Of a stretch of 48,341 nt of DNA, positions 40,198 to 47,649 are shown one piece after another. The DNA is from Octopus bimaculoides (lineage: Eukaryota), in the NCBI RefSeq assembly GCF_001194135.2, contig NC_069010.1, positions 9,200,055-9,248,395 on the forward strand, in the 5' to 3' direction. The position numbers and the translations under genes are program-made. The notes below the pieces were generated by a model, which had not been told where the DNA came from, did no database searches, and worked only from the letters and a program-made list of their open reading frames with translations. Positions within the stretch are counted from its first letter, which is position 1, and the number at the start of each line of letters is the position of its first letter.

Positions 40198-40708
40198 ATC
40201 AAATAAGCACATACACACACACACACACAAGTGCATTCCTCCTCTTTCTTCACTTCTTGCACCTCCATGACCACCACCACCCACTAACAAGCATCACAAC
40301 CACCAACCATGCAACCATGCAACCAACACCATCATCACCATCATCACCAACACCCCCACCACCTACACTACCATCTCCACAATCACCACCACCACCACCA
40401 CCACCACCACACTGTGATCCTCCTCTCCTCCACGTGCTGCTGTCTCCGTCCACAGGTTCCCCGCCAAACTGCGAAGTATGTGTAATTGCCTCTCCCAAGT
40501 GGTAGGTCAACGCTTCCAACAAAGTACGTTTGATGCTGTCTGGACTGTGATCGGCACCGTTATATTTTTACGTTTCATCAATCCCGCAATAGGTAAAACA
40601 CGCATTTCACCTTTCCTCTTTATATTTTAGCTTTTTGCAATGAACTTTTTTGCGTTTTTTTCTTTTTTGTTTACACTTTGCCCATTTATTTTCTCTTTTC
40701 TTTTTCAT

Positions 40709-40749
<41 letters not shown>

Positions 40750-43700
40750 TTGACTCTATATCTTCTGGAGGAATTCCCTCAATCCTTTATATATTAACCA
40801 AAATGCAGTAGATTGACAGGATTATTTTTTTGAAACTGTTGAAGACACATGAGATGTCGAAATATCGTTCGCTAGGTGACAATGGCACTCTTCTTTTAAT
40901 TTTGACTAATAATGATAGTAATAATCCTTTCTACTAAAGGCACAAGGCCTGGAATTTGGAGAGAGAGGGTCCAGTCAAGGATATTGACCCCAGTGTTTCA
41001 CTACTACTTAATTTATTGAGCTTGAAAAGATGAAAGGCAAAGTCGACCTTGGCGGAATTTGAACTCAGAATGTTAAGATGGACAAAATGTTGCAAAACAT
41101 TTTCCCCAGCATGCTAACGACTCTGCCAGCTCACTGCTTTAACAATAATAATAATCATAATGATTTCAAATTTTGGCACAAGGCCAGCAATTTCGGGGGA
41201 GGGGGCAAGTTGATTACATCAATTGGTATTTAATTGATCGACCCTGAAAAGACGAAAGGCAGAGTTGACCTCGGCGGAATTTGAACTCAGAATGTAGAGA
41301 TGGAAGAAATACTGCTAAGCATTTTGCCCAGTGTGCTAACGATTCTGCAAGCTTGCAGCCTTAATGATAATGATGATGATAATAATAATAATAATGATAA
41401 TAATAATGATAAATTGTTTTTTGTTTAAAGTAATCTGTTATTTTCATTTTTAATTTCAAATCAATTTTATATTAATCGTTAAATAATTTAGTTAACTACT
41501 TGGTTTTATTAACCTTTCACTCACCCATTCTCCCCACCCCCTCATCTCCACCAATCAACACCTTCGTACATGTCACATGTGCCACCTCCGTGACGAGGCG
41601 CCCTTGGTTGTGTTGTGAATTGTAAGAAGTAAATCTCTGATCAAACCTTACCGGTTTGGTTTCAAGTCTCACTCAACTCTTCCCCCTCCTCTTCCTCTTC
41701 CCATCATTTCAAATGCTGTCTTATGCCAAGATACATCTTGAACTTTACTAATGATGCCTTATGTCAACATATGTCTTAAACTACTTATTATGCCAAGATA
41801 TATCATAAAATACTTATGTCTTATGCCAACGTATGTCATAAATTATGCCTGACATCTTATACTAAAACATGTCATAAGATACTTATGAAGTCTTATACTA
41901 AGATATGCCATAAACTACTTGTGTCTTATGCCAAGTTATGTCATAAACTACTACTTATGACATTTTATGCTAAGATATATCATAAATTCTACTTATGATG
42001 TTTTACTCTAAGATACGCCATATATTCTACCTATGATGTCTTATGCCAATATGTCGTAAGCTATCATAAAATCTACTTATGATGTTTTAGATATATCATA
42101 AATTCTCCCTGTGATATCTTAAGCCAAATATGTCATAAATTACTTATGACAGCTTATGCCAAGGGTTGACCCAGTCAGCATAGTGATACGAGAAGCTCTA
42201 TGGCGTGCAAGGTAACTTCCTCTGTTGGGGGTTCCACTTCCAACAACCCTTCCCGCATTCATTTCATTCTGCATCCACCAACCTTTACGTTGATGCCACT
42301 TATGATTGTTTGAGACAGGCATGAATGTCACGGTTCCTCCCTTCACTGCTCATACTTCCTACCCCACCTCATCCCAGCAGTTGCCTCACTTTCTGAGGAA
42401 AAGGGTTTGCAAGGGAGAAAGAAGAAAGGGACTGTGAAGCCCCCATAAGGGACAACAAGCAACAGGAAATCTCTCTCCTTATTTTGGTGTCCTTAAACGA
42501 GAGCAAATAGAAGTTGGGGTTAGGGCTCCCTACCTTCTGCTTGTTACCCCTTCCTTATGGGAATGATACTGGGATCAGCAAATGGACAAAGAGTTAAATA
42601 CCCCAGTAAATTACTGCTACAAGCACCTCATTGACTTTTCAAGCTCTCGTGTCCCAGAACCTCTTATAATCCAGAGGGACTTCAAATCCTTGCACCCTCC
42701 TCACACAGCACAGTATTAATAAACTTGTGTCATTTATAATTAATGTGCAGCTCCCTGCACATTCTTTTAATTATTTAAGTAAATTTAACCTTTTTGTTTA
42801 ATTTGAAGTTTGTCCAGAATGGCTTTGGAACCAAAGGGTCCAGAAAACCAATGTTGTTCCTGTAATTTGCTGAAGCCCAGTTCTTTTTTTTAGTTCAAAT
42901 CCTAGACAGCATGAACTTCACTTACCATACCTCCTGGGGCCATCTACAGTAATTTAATTATCTGATGTTAATTGCCTGTGGAATAGATTTCCTAAACGGG
43001 TACCTGTGATACACAAGCGATAATTAACCTGTTACCTTTCCACTCACACACACACACACACACACATCCCACTTTTGTCCCTAACTCCCACCCTCTGCCT
43101 CAACCACCCACTCTGTCTAGTCCCCCATCTCAACCCTCTCCCTCTAAATTCCTTGTTCTTGACTTTCACTCACCTCCCCACCCTTCATCCCGAACCCTCA
43201 TGCCTCTCCCATTCAAGTACCCCCACCCCATTCCTGTTCCACACGCTCCCTGTGCNNNNNNNNNNNNNNNNNNNNNNNNNNNNNNNNNNNNNNNNNNNNN
43301 NNNNNNNCCCCCCCCATCGACATTCTCCAACCCGCCCCTGTACATATCTCTAGTTCCACTCCTGCTCTGTCCCTTATTTCCTGTTCCCTCCACCCAGATG
43401 CTCCCCGCCCCACTTCCCCACATTCCCCCTAGCCCTCAGGGTTCTCTGTCTCCACACTTCTCGCTCCTCATCCCCCACCCCCAAGCCCCTGTCAGTTACC
43501 AGAAAGAAGTTAAACTGTCCTTAATTAGCAGCAGCAGCAGCAGCAGCAGTAGACAGCCGGTTGTGTGTGATTGCCAAACCAGTTATTCTGGGTTCAAATC
43601 TGACCACGGCAATAACTTCTGGTTGTTTTCGGGCCTCCACCTTACCCACCAATTCCTCCCCTGCCCCAACAGACGTGCCTCCCCCCATATTATATGTTGT

Positions 43701-46700
43701 TCCCTTCACAATTTCCACATGACTCCTAACCCCGACCCCCACCATTGCAGCTGTTCCACCCTCCCGACTCCTTAAGAAGCAGCTGCAGTGACTCTTGACT
43801 CTGGATTACCAATGGAAAGAGGTATTAATGAAGTTTTAACAAGATGCCCCTTTAATTACCCCTTTAATTACCCCTCCCTACTTAACCTCCAGCTTCACGT
43901 CACCCCTTATTCTTCTGTCCAACTCAAGGTATTTCTTAAAAAAAATACACGTAATTAGTTTTAATCAAATTCATTACTTAACTCATTTATTGTTTTAATT
44001 AACTCATGTATTTAATCAATTTTGCTAATTAATTTGTACTGTAATTAAAACACGTGTCTATGAACTCATTAAACTTTCTATTAGGGGTACCGTAAAGTAA
44101 TGTCATATTCTCGAGCAAATAGTCTGATGTCATACCACAAGAGGATCTGCACCAAAGTACCAAGGACTTGTCCACTGCGCAGTGGCCATCTCATGGTACC
44201 TCAAGAATAAAACGGTGCATTCGACAATTTGCTACTGTTTGCAGGAATGAACGAACACCTTTGCTTAATTGAATTGTAACAGGTGAAGAGAAGTGGGTAG
44301 ATTATACCAATATTAAATGTAAGAGGCAGTGGCTGTCAGCAAAGAAAGATCCAGTCCCAAGACCCTAACCAGATTTTGCTGTGCGTTTGGTAGACTACTC
44401 TCTGTATTGTTTATGTTGAATTAGTGGAACAAGGGAAGAGTATTACCACAGGATTTTGTTATCGACAACTTGAATGTGTCAGTCAAGTTTTGCTTGAAAA
44501 GACAACCAGTTTCAGTCCACCGAAAAGGTGTCATCCTGTCGTCGCAGGGTAATTCAAGGCCACATTCAGCAAAGATAGCCCAAGAAAAGATAAATTCATT
44601 AGACTGGGAAACTTTACCTCATTCTCCCTCCTCATCAGACCTAGCATCATCAGATTTTCACGGTTTGGGTTACTTGAACACTTTAGCTAAGGGAGGTCTT
44701 CAGGAACGCACCAATGTCTCTGGTGAGTTGATCTAAATACATTGTGTTTGGATGACCTGCTTGACTGCGGCCATGCTTTGGTATCCATAGCAATAGGTCA
44801 CTTGCCAGTTCTTCTTTAGTTTGCCAGAAATGACCTGCAGAGTGCAAACGTTTTGCCCTTATAATGGTGGAAACGGGCAGGAGATCTTCATACAGCTGTT
44901 TCTTGGTGGGATGAGTTCTCCAAGACATGTTTAAGACTGCTCTTAACATTTGGGTATAAGTTCCATCTAGCTGGGATTCCAGTTTTTTTGTTAAGCCTCC
45001 AAATATAAAAGGACTGACTCTACTGTTTTGGGGAAAGAATTCCTCTGAAGGTTGTCTCATTGGGTTGTTTTCCAGACAATGTCCACTTTGTTTAGGGCTG
45101 ACCATACTTTGGTTGTCTGGCTTTTTGCATCTTTCTCAGTTGAGTCTATTTCGAAACTGAGGCACGTGAAATTGACTGATTGGGTCTCCACCGAGTTTGG
45201 TGATGAATCGTTGTCGTGAGCCTAAAACCAAATGAACATTTTACCAATATGGAGATGACAATCCAGACATTTTTCTCTTCTAAACAATCTGATTGTTTTT
45301 TTCTTTGTCTGAGGAATTAGAAAATTGGTTTCTGGATGGGAAAATTGAATTGCTAATGATGGCAATTAAATTTTGAAGGAATAAATATATTTACATGTTT
45401 TATGCTGTTTTGAACTCGTTATATGAAATACGACATTATTTTCTGGTACCCTTAATAATTAATTTACTCATTTGTTTAATCAATTAATTTGCTAATTAAA
45501 TTCTTTTTTTTTTTAAACACGTGTTTATTTTAAAAAGTAATTTCATGTTTTTGATAATTTGTAATGTTTAAAAAGAAAATTTTAATTAGTCAAATTGTAA
45601 TTAATTTTTTAAAAGAATATAATTTTGTTTGATTAATAATTTATTTACTATTGTTGTTTTCTAATCTAAATTTTAGTTTCAGCAGACTTAGGGAGGAGAA
45701 AGGCTTGCCAACTATGACCATCCCAACTTTGCTTAAAGAAATGGTATTGTGGACTCAATTGTGTCCTTCCCTATTCGAGTCTGTCGGGATATTTGGGTGG
45801 TATTTCTAGCAAGTTCAGTGAAGTGGTGTGTGGTGGTGTGGAGGGGGTAGTTGGATGGGGAGAGGCAAGAGGTGTAATGGGGTGGATGGAATAGGGTGAT
45901 AGGTAGATTAATGAGGTGGAAGGGTAATAGGGTAGCAGAATCAGTGGGAAGGGGATTATGGAGTGGTGGGCAAGAGGAGACAGTGAGGTCCCATATCTAC
46001 CTGTACCCCTTTATATTCATTAGTGGTGATCATGGGGATGCATTAGCTTAGCTTTACATCTGGGGAAAGGAAAAGGGTCCAGAAAGTGCCCACTCATATC
46101 AAAAGGATCGAAAGTCCTTCCCAAGCCATAGGCTCATAAAACCCAGTTTCCAGATTTTGTGCACTCCCCCTGGATGGGATGCCAGTCTGTTGCAGAATTA
46201 CTCAGTTTGGGCAGATGAGTGGACTGGGGCAAAGTGAAATGAAGGGTTTTGCTCAAGAACACAATGCATCACCCAGTCCAGGGATTGAAATCACAATTGT
46301 ACAGCCTTGAATGCAACACCCTAACCACTGATCCACAGGTTTCCATACCAGTCATATAATGAGGGACAATATCTCTTTCACTAACATAAGTGGGCCTTGT
46401 TGTTTTTGTTTCGCTGGGTTCCCCCACCCTCTCTCCTCCACTAATTCATCTCGGATTGTTTGATTTTTTTGTCCTAAATCTGTTGTTGCTGACGTTGTCT
46501 TTTGGCTTTTCCCAGTGTCTCCATACGAATCAGGAATCATTGATCAGGAACCTACGCACCGTGTCAAACGTGGCCTAACCCTGATGTGCAAAATCATGCA
46601 AAACATTGCCAACCATCTGCTCTTCACCAAGGAGCAACACATGCGAGCGTTTAACGACTTCTTGAAGACAAACTTTGAGGCTGGCCGCAAGTAATTATTT

Positions 46701-47227
46701 GAAATTAATCAACCTTCACCTTTGTTGTTCTTGTTTGTGGGGAAATTTTTTTCATCTCTTCTTTGTGTCAATCATTGGGCTGCGACCATGCTGGGGCACT
46801 GCCTTCTAAGAGCTTTTCTTTTTTAGTTGAATAATTCAATCCTAGTATCTAAGTTTGGTACCCATTTTCTAGCTTTGTGACGCATAAAAGGCACCCAATA
46901 CATTCTTAATAGTTGTAAATGAGTGCCACCGTTATGCAAGCAGTATCGTTTGTTTGCAATCTTCCCTAAGACATGTCTGGTCTTGGGGGAAACGTTACCT
47001 TGCTTGGAAACAGGTGAGAAAAATTGGACATTAAATGATGATGGTGATGATGATGATGATGTATTTTTTGCATTTTTTAGGTTCTTCAAGGAAATTGCAT
47101 CAGACTGTGAGACTGTGGATGCTGGCAACCACAACTTGTCTTTCATCAATGATGCTAATGTACTCGCACTACATCGTCTGCTGTGGAACAACCAAGAGAA
47201 AATTGGAGACTATTTATCGAGTAGCAG
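1345..47227 (+). CDS. NF1: Neurofibromin (Ras GTPase-activating protein), partial multi-exon gene; 5' and 3' exons lie outside the window
   Basis: 27 exons on one path (about 3.7 kb of CDS) join in frame at GT-AG sites, apart from one missing exon. Translation shows NF1 hallmarks: KAx[53 protein letters not shown] (arginine finger), [22 protein letters not shown]. Confidence 0.98.
2419..2522 (+). CDS. NF1: NF1 exon, 104 nt, phase 1-0
   Basis: ttacag|AT...CCT|gtaagt; (D)[34 protein letters not shown]. Confidence 0.95.
3487..3552 (+). CDS. NF1: NF1 exon, 66 nt, phase 0-0
   Basis: aaacag|AAA...AAG|gtatgt; [22 protein letters not shown], resembling Drosophila KVLEEIVNADSGAPCSP. Confidence 0.92.
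4063..4248 (+). CDS. NF1: NF1 exon, 186 nt, phase 0-0
   Basis: tttcag|AAA...AAG|gttcgt; [17 protein letters not shown]...[12 protein letters not shown]...QSVTHDLK. Confidence 0.93.
4480..4845 (-). mobile_element. Degenerate RTE-clade LINE, 3' end of ORF
   Basis: Minus strand reads [30 protein letters not shown]...[12 protein letters not shown]...[13 protein letters not shown], typical of the RTE/BovB C-terminus, with stops. Confidence 0.8.
4912..5121 (+). CDS. NF1: NF1 exon, 210 nt, phase 0-0
   Basis: ccgcag|ACC...CAG|gtaagt; TLLFSPP...[17 protein letters not shown]...[15 protein letters not shown]. Confidence 0.95.
5430..5690 (-). mobile_element. Degenerate RTE-like LINE fragment
   Basis: Minus strand [31 protein letters not shown] resembles the RTE post-RT motif RRLRLAGHCxRHPE...LWEPxHG. 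Confidence 0.65.
5759..5884 (+). CDS. NF1: NF1 exon, 126 nt, phase 0-0
   Basis: ttgcag|CCG...CAG|gtacca; [42 protein letters not shown]. Confidence 0.92.
6317..6442 (+). CDS. NF1: NF1 exon, 126 nt, phase 0-0
   Basis: ttgcag|TTC...CAT|gtatgt; [42 protein letters not shown]. Confidence 0.9.
6616..6885. mobile_element. AT-rich fold-back (MITE-like) element, arms of about 125 bp
   Basis: taatattgaaagaaaatggagaaagatggatg...aagttgtgaagctcaaaaaagaaaatg is mirrored by cattttctttttgaccttcacaacttg...catccatctttctccattttctttctttcaatattta. Confidence 0.85.
7096..7209 (+). CDS. NF1: NF1 exon, 114 nt, phase 0-0
   Basis: ctgcag|AAC...GAG|gtaagt; [38 protein letters not shown]. Confidence 0.96.
7300..7660 (-). 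mobile_element. Degenerate RTE-like LINE tail with an internal triplication
   Basis: The motif gcatcttcccaggtgattcta recurs near 7394, 7504 and 7632; minus strand gives [16 protein letters not shown] repeats. Confidence 0.5.
8129..8208 (+). CDS. NF1: NF1 exon, 80 nt, phase 0-2
   Basis: tttcag|GCT...AG|gtaaga; [26 protein letters not shown](S). Confidence 0.96.
8901..9114 (+). CDS. NF1: NF1 exon, 214 nt, phase 2-0
   Basis: ttgcag|C...GAG|gtaaac; [50 protein letters not shown]...DSHIVLE. Confidence 0.95.
10019..10205 (+). CDS. NF1: NF1 exon, 187 nt, phase 0-1
   Basis: ttccag|GAG...ACAG|gtgatg; [37 protein letters not shown]...SMTLTT(G). Confidence 0.95.
10651..10724 (+). CDS. NF1: NF1 exon, 74 nt, phase 1-0
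   Basis: gttcag|GT...CAG|gtgagt; (G)[24 protein letters not shown]. Confidence 0.96.
11310..11530. mobile_element. piggyBac-like MITE with TTAA target-site duplication
   Basis: ttaa|ccctttcattac ... gtaacgaaaggg|ttaa: 12-bp imperfect TIRs flanked by TTAA. Confidence 0.8.
11572..11735. repeat. Degenerate direct duplication of about 80 bp
   Basis: cacatccaggaataaga...gatggctggagatgaaa...tagatatagatattg repeated as cacatccacgaataaga...gatgctggctggtgatgaaa...tagatataaatattg. Confidence 0.7.
11790..11951 (+). CDS. NF1: NF1 exon, 162 nt, phase 0-0
   Basis: ttgcag|GCA...GAG|gttggt; [27 protein letters not shown]...[15 protein letters not shown]. Confidence 0.92.
12540..12930 (+). mobile_element. 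tRNA-derived SINE (Octopus-type). Other copies near 1690, 5270, 12010, 20290, 22590, 23755-24140, 34733-35060, 39415-39690
   Basis: Head ggtgcaggcatggttgtgtgg...ggttccaggttcagtccc (A/B-box-like), then shared body ccttgggcaagtgtcttctact...tagacggaaactgaaagaagcc...ataagtact...ggggtcga. Confidence 0.85.
13550..13780 (+). mobile_element. Degenerate RTE-like LINE 3' fragment
   Basis: [51 protein letters not shown] matches the RTE C-terminal GRPxxRW...A.DR..WR.LV pattern, with a stop. Confidence 0.7.
14179..14286 (+). CDS. NF1: NF1 exon, 108 nt (or 90 nt from the 14197 acceptor), phase 2-2
   Basis: tttcag|T...CA|gtaagt; [35 protein letters not shown](Q) aligns to human SPPMGPVSERKGSMISVMSSEGNADTPVSK. 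Confidence 0.8.
14810..15060 (+). mobile_element. Degenerate RTE-like LINE 3' fragment
   Basis: RLKLAGHIL then frameshifted [18 protein letters not shown]. Confidence 0.65.
15545..15719 (+). CDS. NF1: NF1 exon, 175 nt, phase 2-0
   Basis: tcccag|A...CAG|gtaacc; [58 protein letters not shown]. Confidence 0.95.
18660..19148 (+). mobile_element. 3' remnant of an RLE-type non-LTR retrotransposon (R4/Dong-like), ending in (TAA)n
   Basis: [19 protein letters not shown]...[11 protein letters not shown] resembles the restriction-like endonuclease end KExEKxxKYxDL...IPVIVGALG; followed by a UTR-like stretch and an (AAT)n run. Confidence 0.65.
19162..19301 (+). CDS. NF1: NF1 exon, 140 nt, phase 0-2
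   Basis: tttcag|GTT...AG|gtgaga; [23 protein letters not shown]...[14 protein letters not shown](R). Confidence 0.96.
20632..20704 (+). CDS. NF1: NF1 exon, 73 nt, phase 2-0
   Basis: ttccag|A...GCA|gtaaga; [24 protein letters not shown]. Confidence 0.95.
21218..21354 (+). CDS. NF1: NF1 exon, 137 nt, phase 0-2
   Basis: ctgcag|ATG...AG|gtgagt; [45 protein letters not shown](R). Confidence 0.96.
21626..21742 (+). CDS. NF1: NF1 exon, 117 nt, phase 2-2
   Basis: tttcag|G...AA|gtaagt; [38 protein letters not shown](K). Confidence 0.97.
21835..22300. repeat. About 39-bp minisatellite, roughly 11-12 degenerate copies
   Basis: Recurring unit ctatgaaacccctattttcactattgtcccctacagatgt. Confidence 0.9.
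22314..22492 (+). CDS. NF1: NF1 exon, 179 nt, phase 2-1
   Basis: ttgcag|G...ATAG|gtgggt; [14 protein letters not shown]...[25 protein letters not shown]. Confidence 0.96.
23201..23412 (+). CDS. NF1: NF1 exon, 212 nt, phase 1-0 (start of GRD)
   Basis: cttcag|CC...ATG|gtaggt; [48 protein letters not shown]...SQM. Confidence 0.97.
24465..24702 (+). mobile_element. SINE-like repeat ending in a (GAT)n tail. Other copies near 1950 (-), 3180 (-), 8450 (-), 16325, 18300, 25405, 27840, 38480 (-)
   Basis: Shared gagtggttggcgttaggaagggcatccagctgtagaaac...cccatgctagcatggaaagcggacgttaaacgatgatg. Confidence 0.85.
24751..24834 (+). CDS. NF1: NF1 exon, 84 nt, phase 0-0
   Basis: ttccag|GAT...GAG|gtaagt; [28 protein letters not shown]. 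Confidence 0.97.
25705..25889 (+). CDS. NF1: NF1 exon, 185 nt, phase 0-2; carries the arginine finger (CGT 25738-25740, human R1276 equivalent)
   Basis: tttcag|GTT...AG|gtgagc; [29 protein letters not shown]...YEIDPS(R). Confidence 0.97.
26008..26100 (+). CDS. NF1: NF1 exon, 93 nt, phase 2-2
   Basis: cgccag|G...AG|gtaaga; [30 protein letters not shown](R). Confidence 0.95.
30751..31350. mobile_element. Possible piggyBac-like non-autonomous element hosting SINE insertions
   Basis: ttaa|ccctttaaatgc ... gcacctaaagga|ttaa: imperfect TIRs with TTAA on both sides. Confidence 0.45.
30870..31250. mobile_element. SINE family with core ttctgagttcaaattccgccgaggtcgactttgcctttcatcc. Other copies near 3830, 9400-9790, 33890 (-), 40920-41365 (-)
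   Basis: The core recurs in both orientations, often as head-to-head pairs. Confidence 0.75.
32090..32748 (-). mobile_element. Internally deleted mariner (Tc1/mariner) transposon
   Basis: Imperfect TIRs of about 27 bp (caaggtgatatcaaatattcctggact / agtccaggaacttttttgataccaccg) with TA flanks; minus strand [18 protein letters not shown] (N-terminal HTH) and [14 protein letters not shown] (YSPDLAP motif). Confidence 0.88.
32757..33305. mobile_element. Fold-back non-autonomous DNA element with TIRs of about 210 bp
   Basis: gagggttattcaaagaaaaataaaccg...gtggccaccacctgtagca...aattcctcccagacacgtagcagcatatca is mirrored by tgatatgctgctatgtgtctgggaggaatt...cggttcattctttttaataaccctg. Confidence 0.88.
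33750..33870 (+). mobile_element. Short RLE-type non-LTR retrotransposon fragment
   Basis: LAREVRRL then frameshifted [16 protein letters not shown]. Confidence 0.55.
36314..36438 (+). CDS. NF1: NF1 GRD alternative exon A, 125 nt, phase 2-1 (putative mutually exclusive with exon B)
   Basis: ttcaccag|A...TTAG|gtaaaac; [41 protein letters not shown]; open and frame-compatible with both flanking constitutive exons. Confidence 0.88.
40456..40592 (+). CDS. NF1: NF1 GRD alternative exon B, 137 nt, phase 2-1 (putative mutually exclusive with exon A)
   Basis: gtccacag|G...ATAG|gtaaaac; [45 protein letters not shown]. Confidence 0.92.
41715..42161. repeat. About 33-39-bp minisatellite, roughly 12-13 degenerate copies
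   Basis: Recurring unit tcttatgccaagatatgtcataaactacttatgatg. Confidence 0.9.
44081..45455 (+). mobile_element. Degenerate mariner transposon interrupted by a LINE
   Basis: TA|ttaggggtaccgtaaagtaatgtcatatt ... aatacgacattattttctggtacccttaa|TA; [42 protein letters not shown], and C-terminal [16 protein letters not shown] near 45310. Confidence 0.88.
44690..45110 (-). mobile_element. RTE-like LINE fragment nested in the mariner
   Basis: [28 protein letters not shown]...[35 protein letters not shown]. Confidence 0.8.
46130..46345 (-). mobile_element. tRNA-derived SINE in minus orientation. Other copies near 900-1120, 15120-15390, 26570-26780, 47400-47620
   Basis: Shared tgagtggactggagcaa...gaaatgaagtgttttgctcaagaacacaa...gggattgaa. 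Confidence 0.75.
46516..46690 (+). CDS. NF1: NF1 exon, 175 nt, phase 1-2
   Basis: tcccag|TG...AA|gtaatt; (V)[57 protein letters not shown](K). Confidence 0.96.
47081..47227 (+). CDS. NF1: NF1 exon, 147 nt, phase 2-2
   Basis: ttttag|G...AG|gtaaag; [48 protein letters not shown](R). Confidence 0.97.
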
Positions 47228-47649
47228 GTAAAGACCATTGTCTTACGGGCGGCCCCTAAGTCTGCGTGTGTGTGTGTGTGTGTGAAAGGGATTGCGGGAT
47301 TGACCCAAGCTGCAACATATCTTCCCCCACCACTCTACACTACAACCGTCACACAACATGTCCTCACAACCAGACTTGCTTAAGGTCTGTTGTGTGTCCC
47401 CCCCCCCCGAGTCTGTAAGGTCAGAGTTGAGCTGGTTCCCATGAACCCCACAAGTGACCAAGGTCATGTCATCCATTGCAAGGTTTTCCATTTGCAGCTG
47501 AGTGAACTGGAGTGACATGAAGAGAAGGGTTTTGATCAAGGACCCAATGTACTACCTGGTATGGGAATTGAAACTACAATCATGCAATCGTGATTGCAAC
47601 ACCCCTTCTGTACTAACTTCCATTTCATTCTACCAGACAATGTCTTCAC

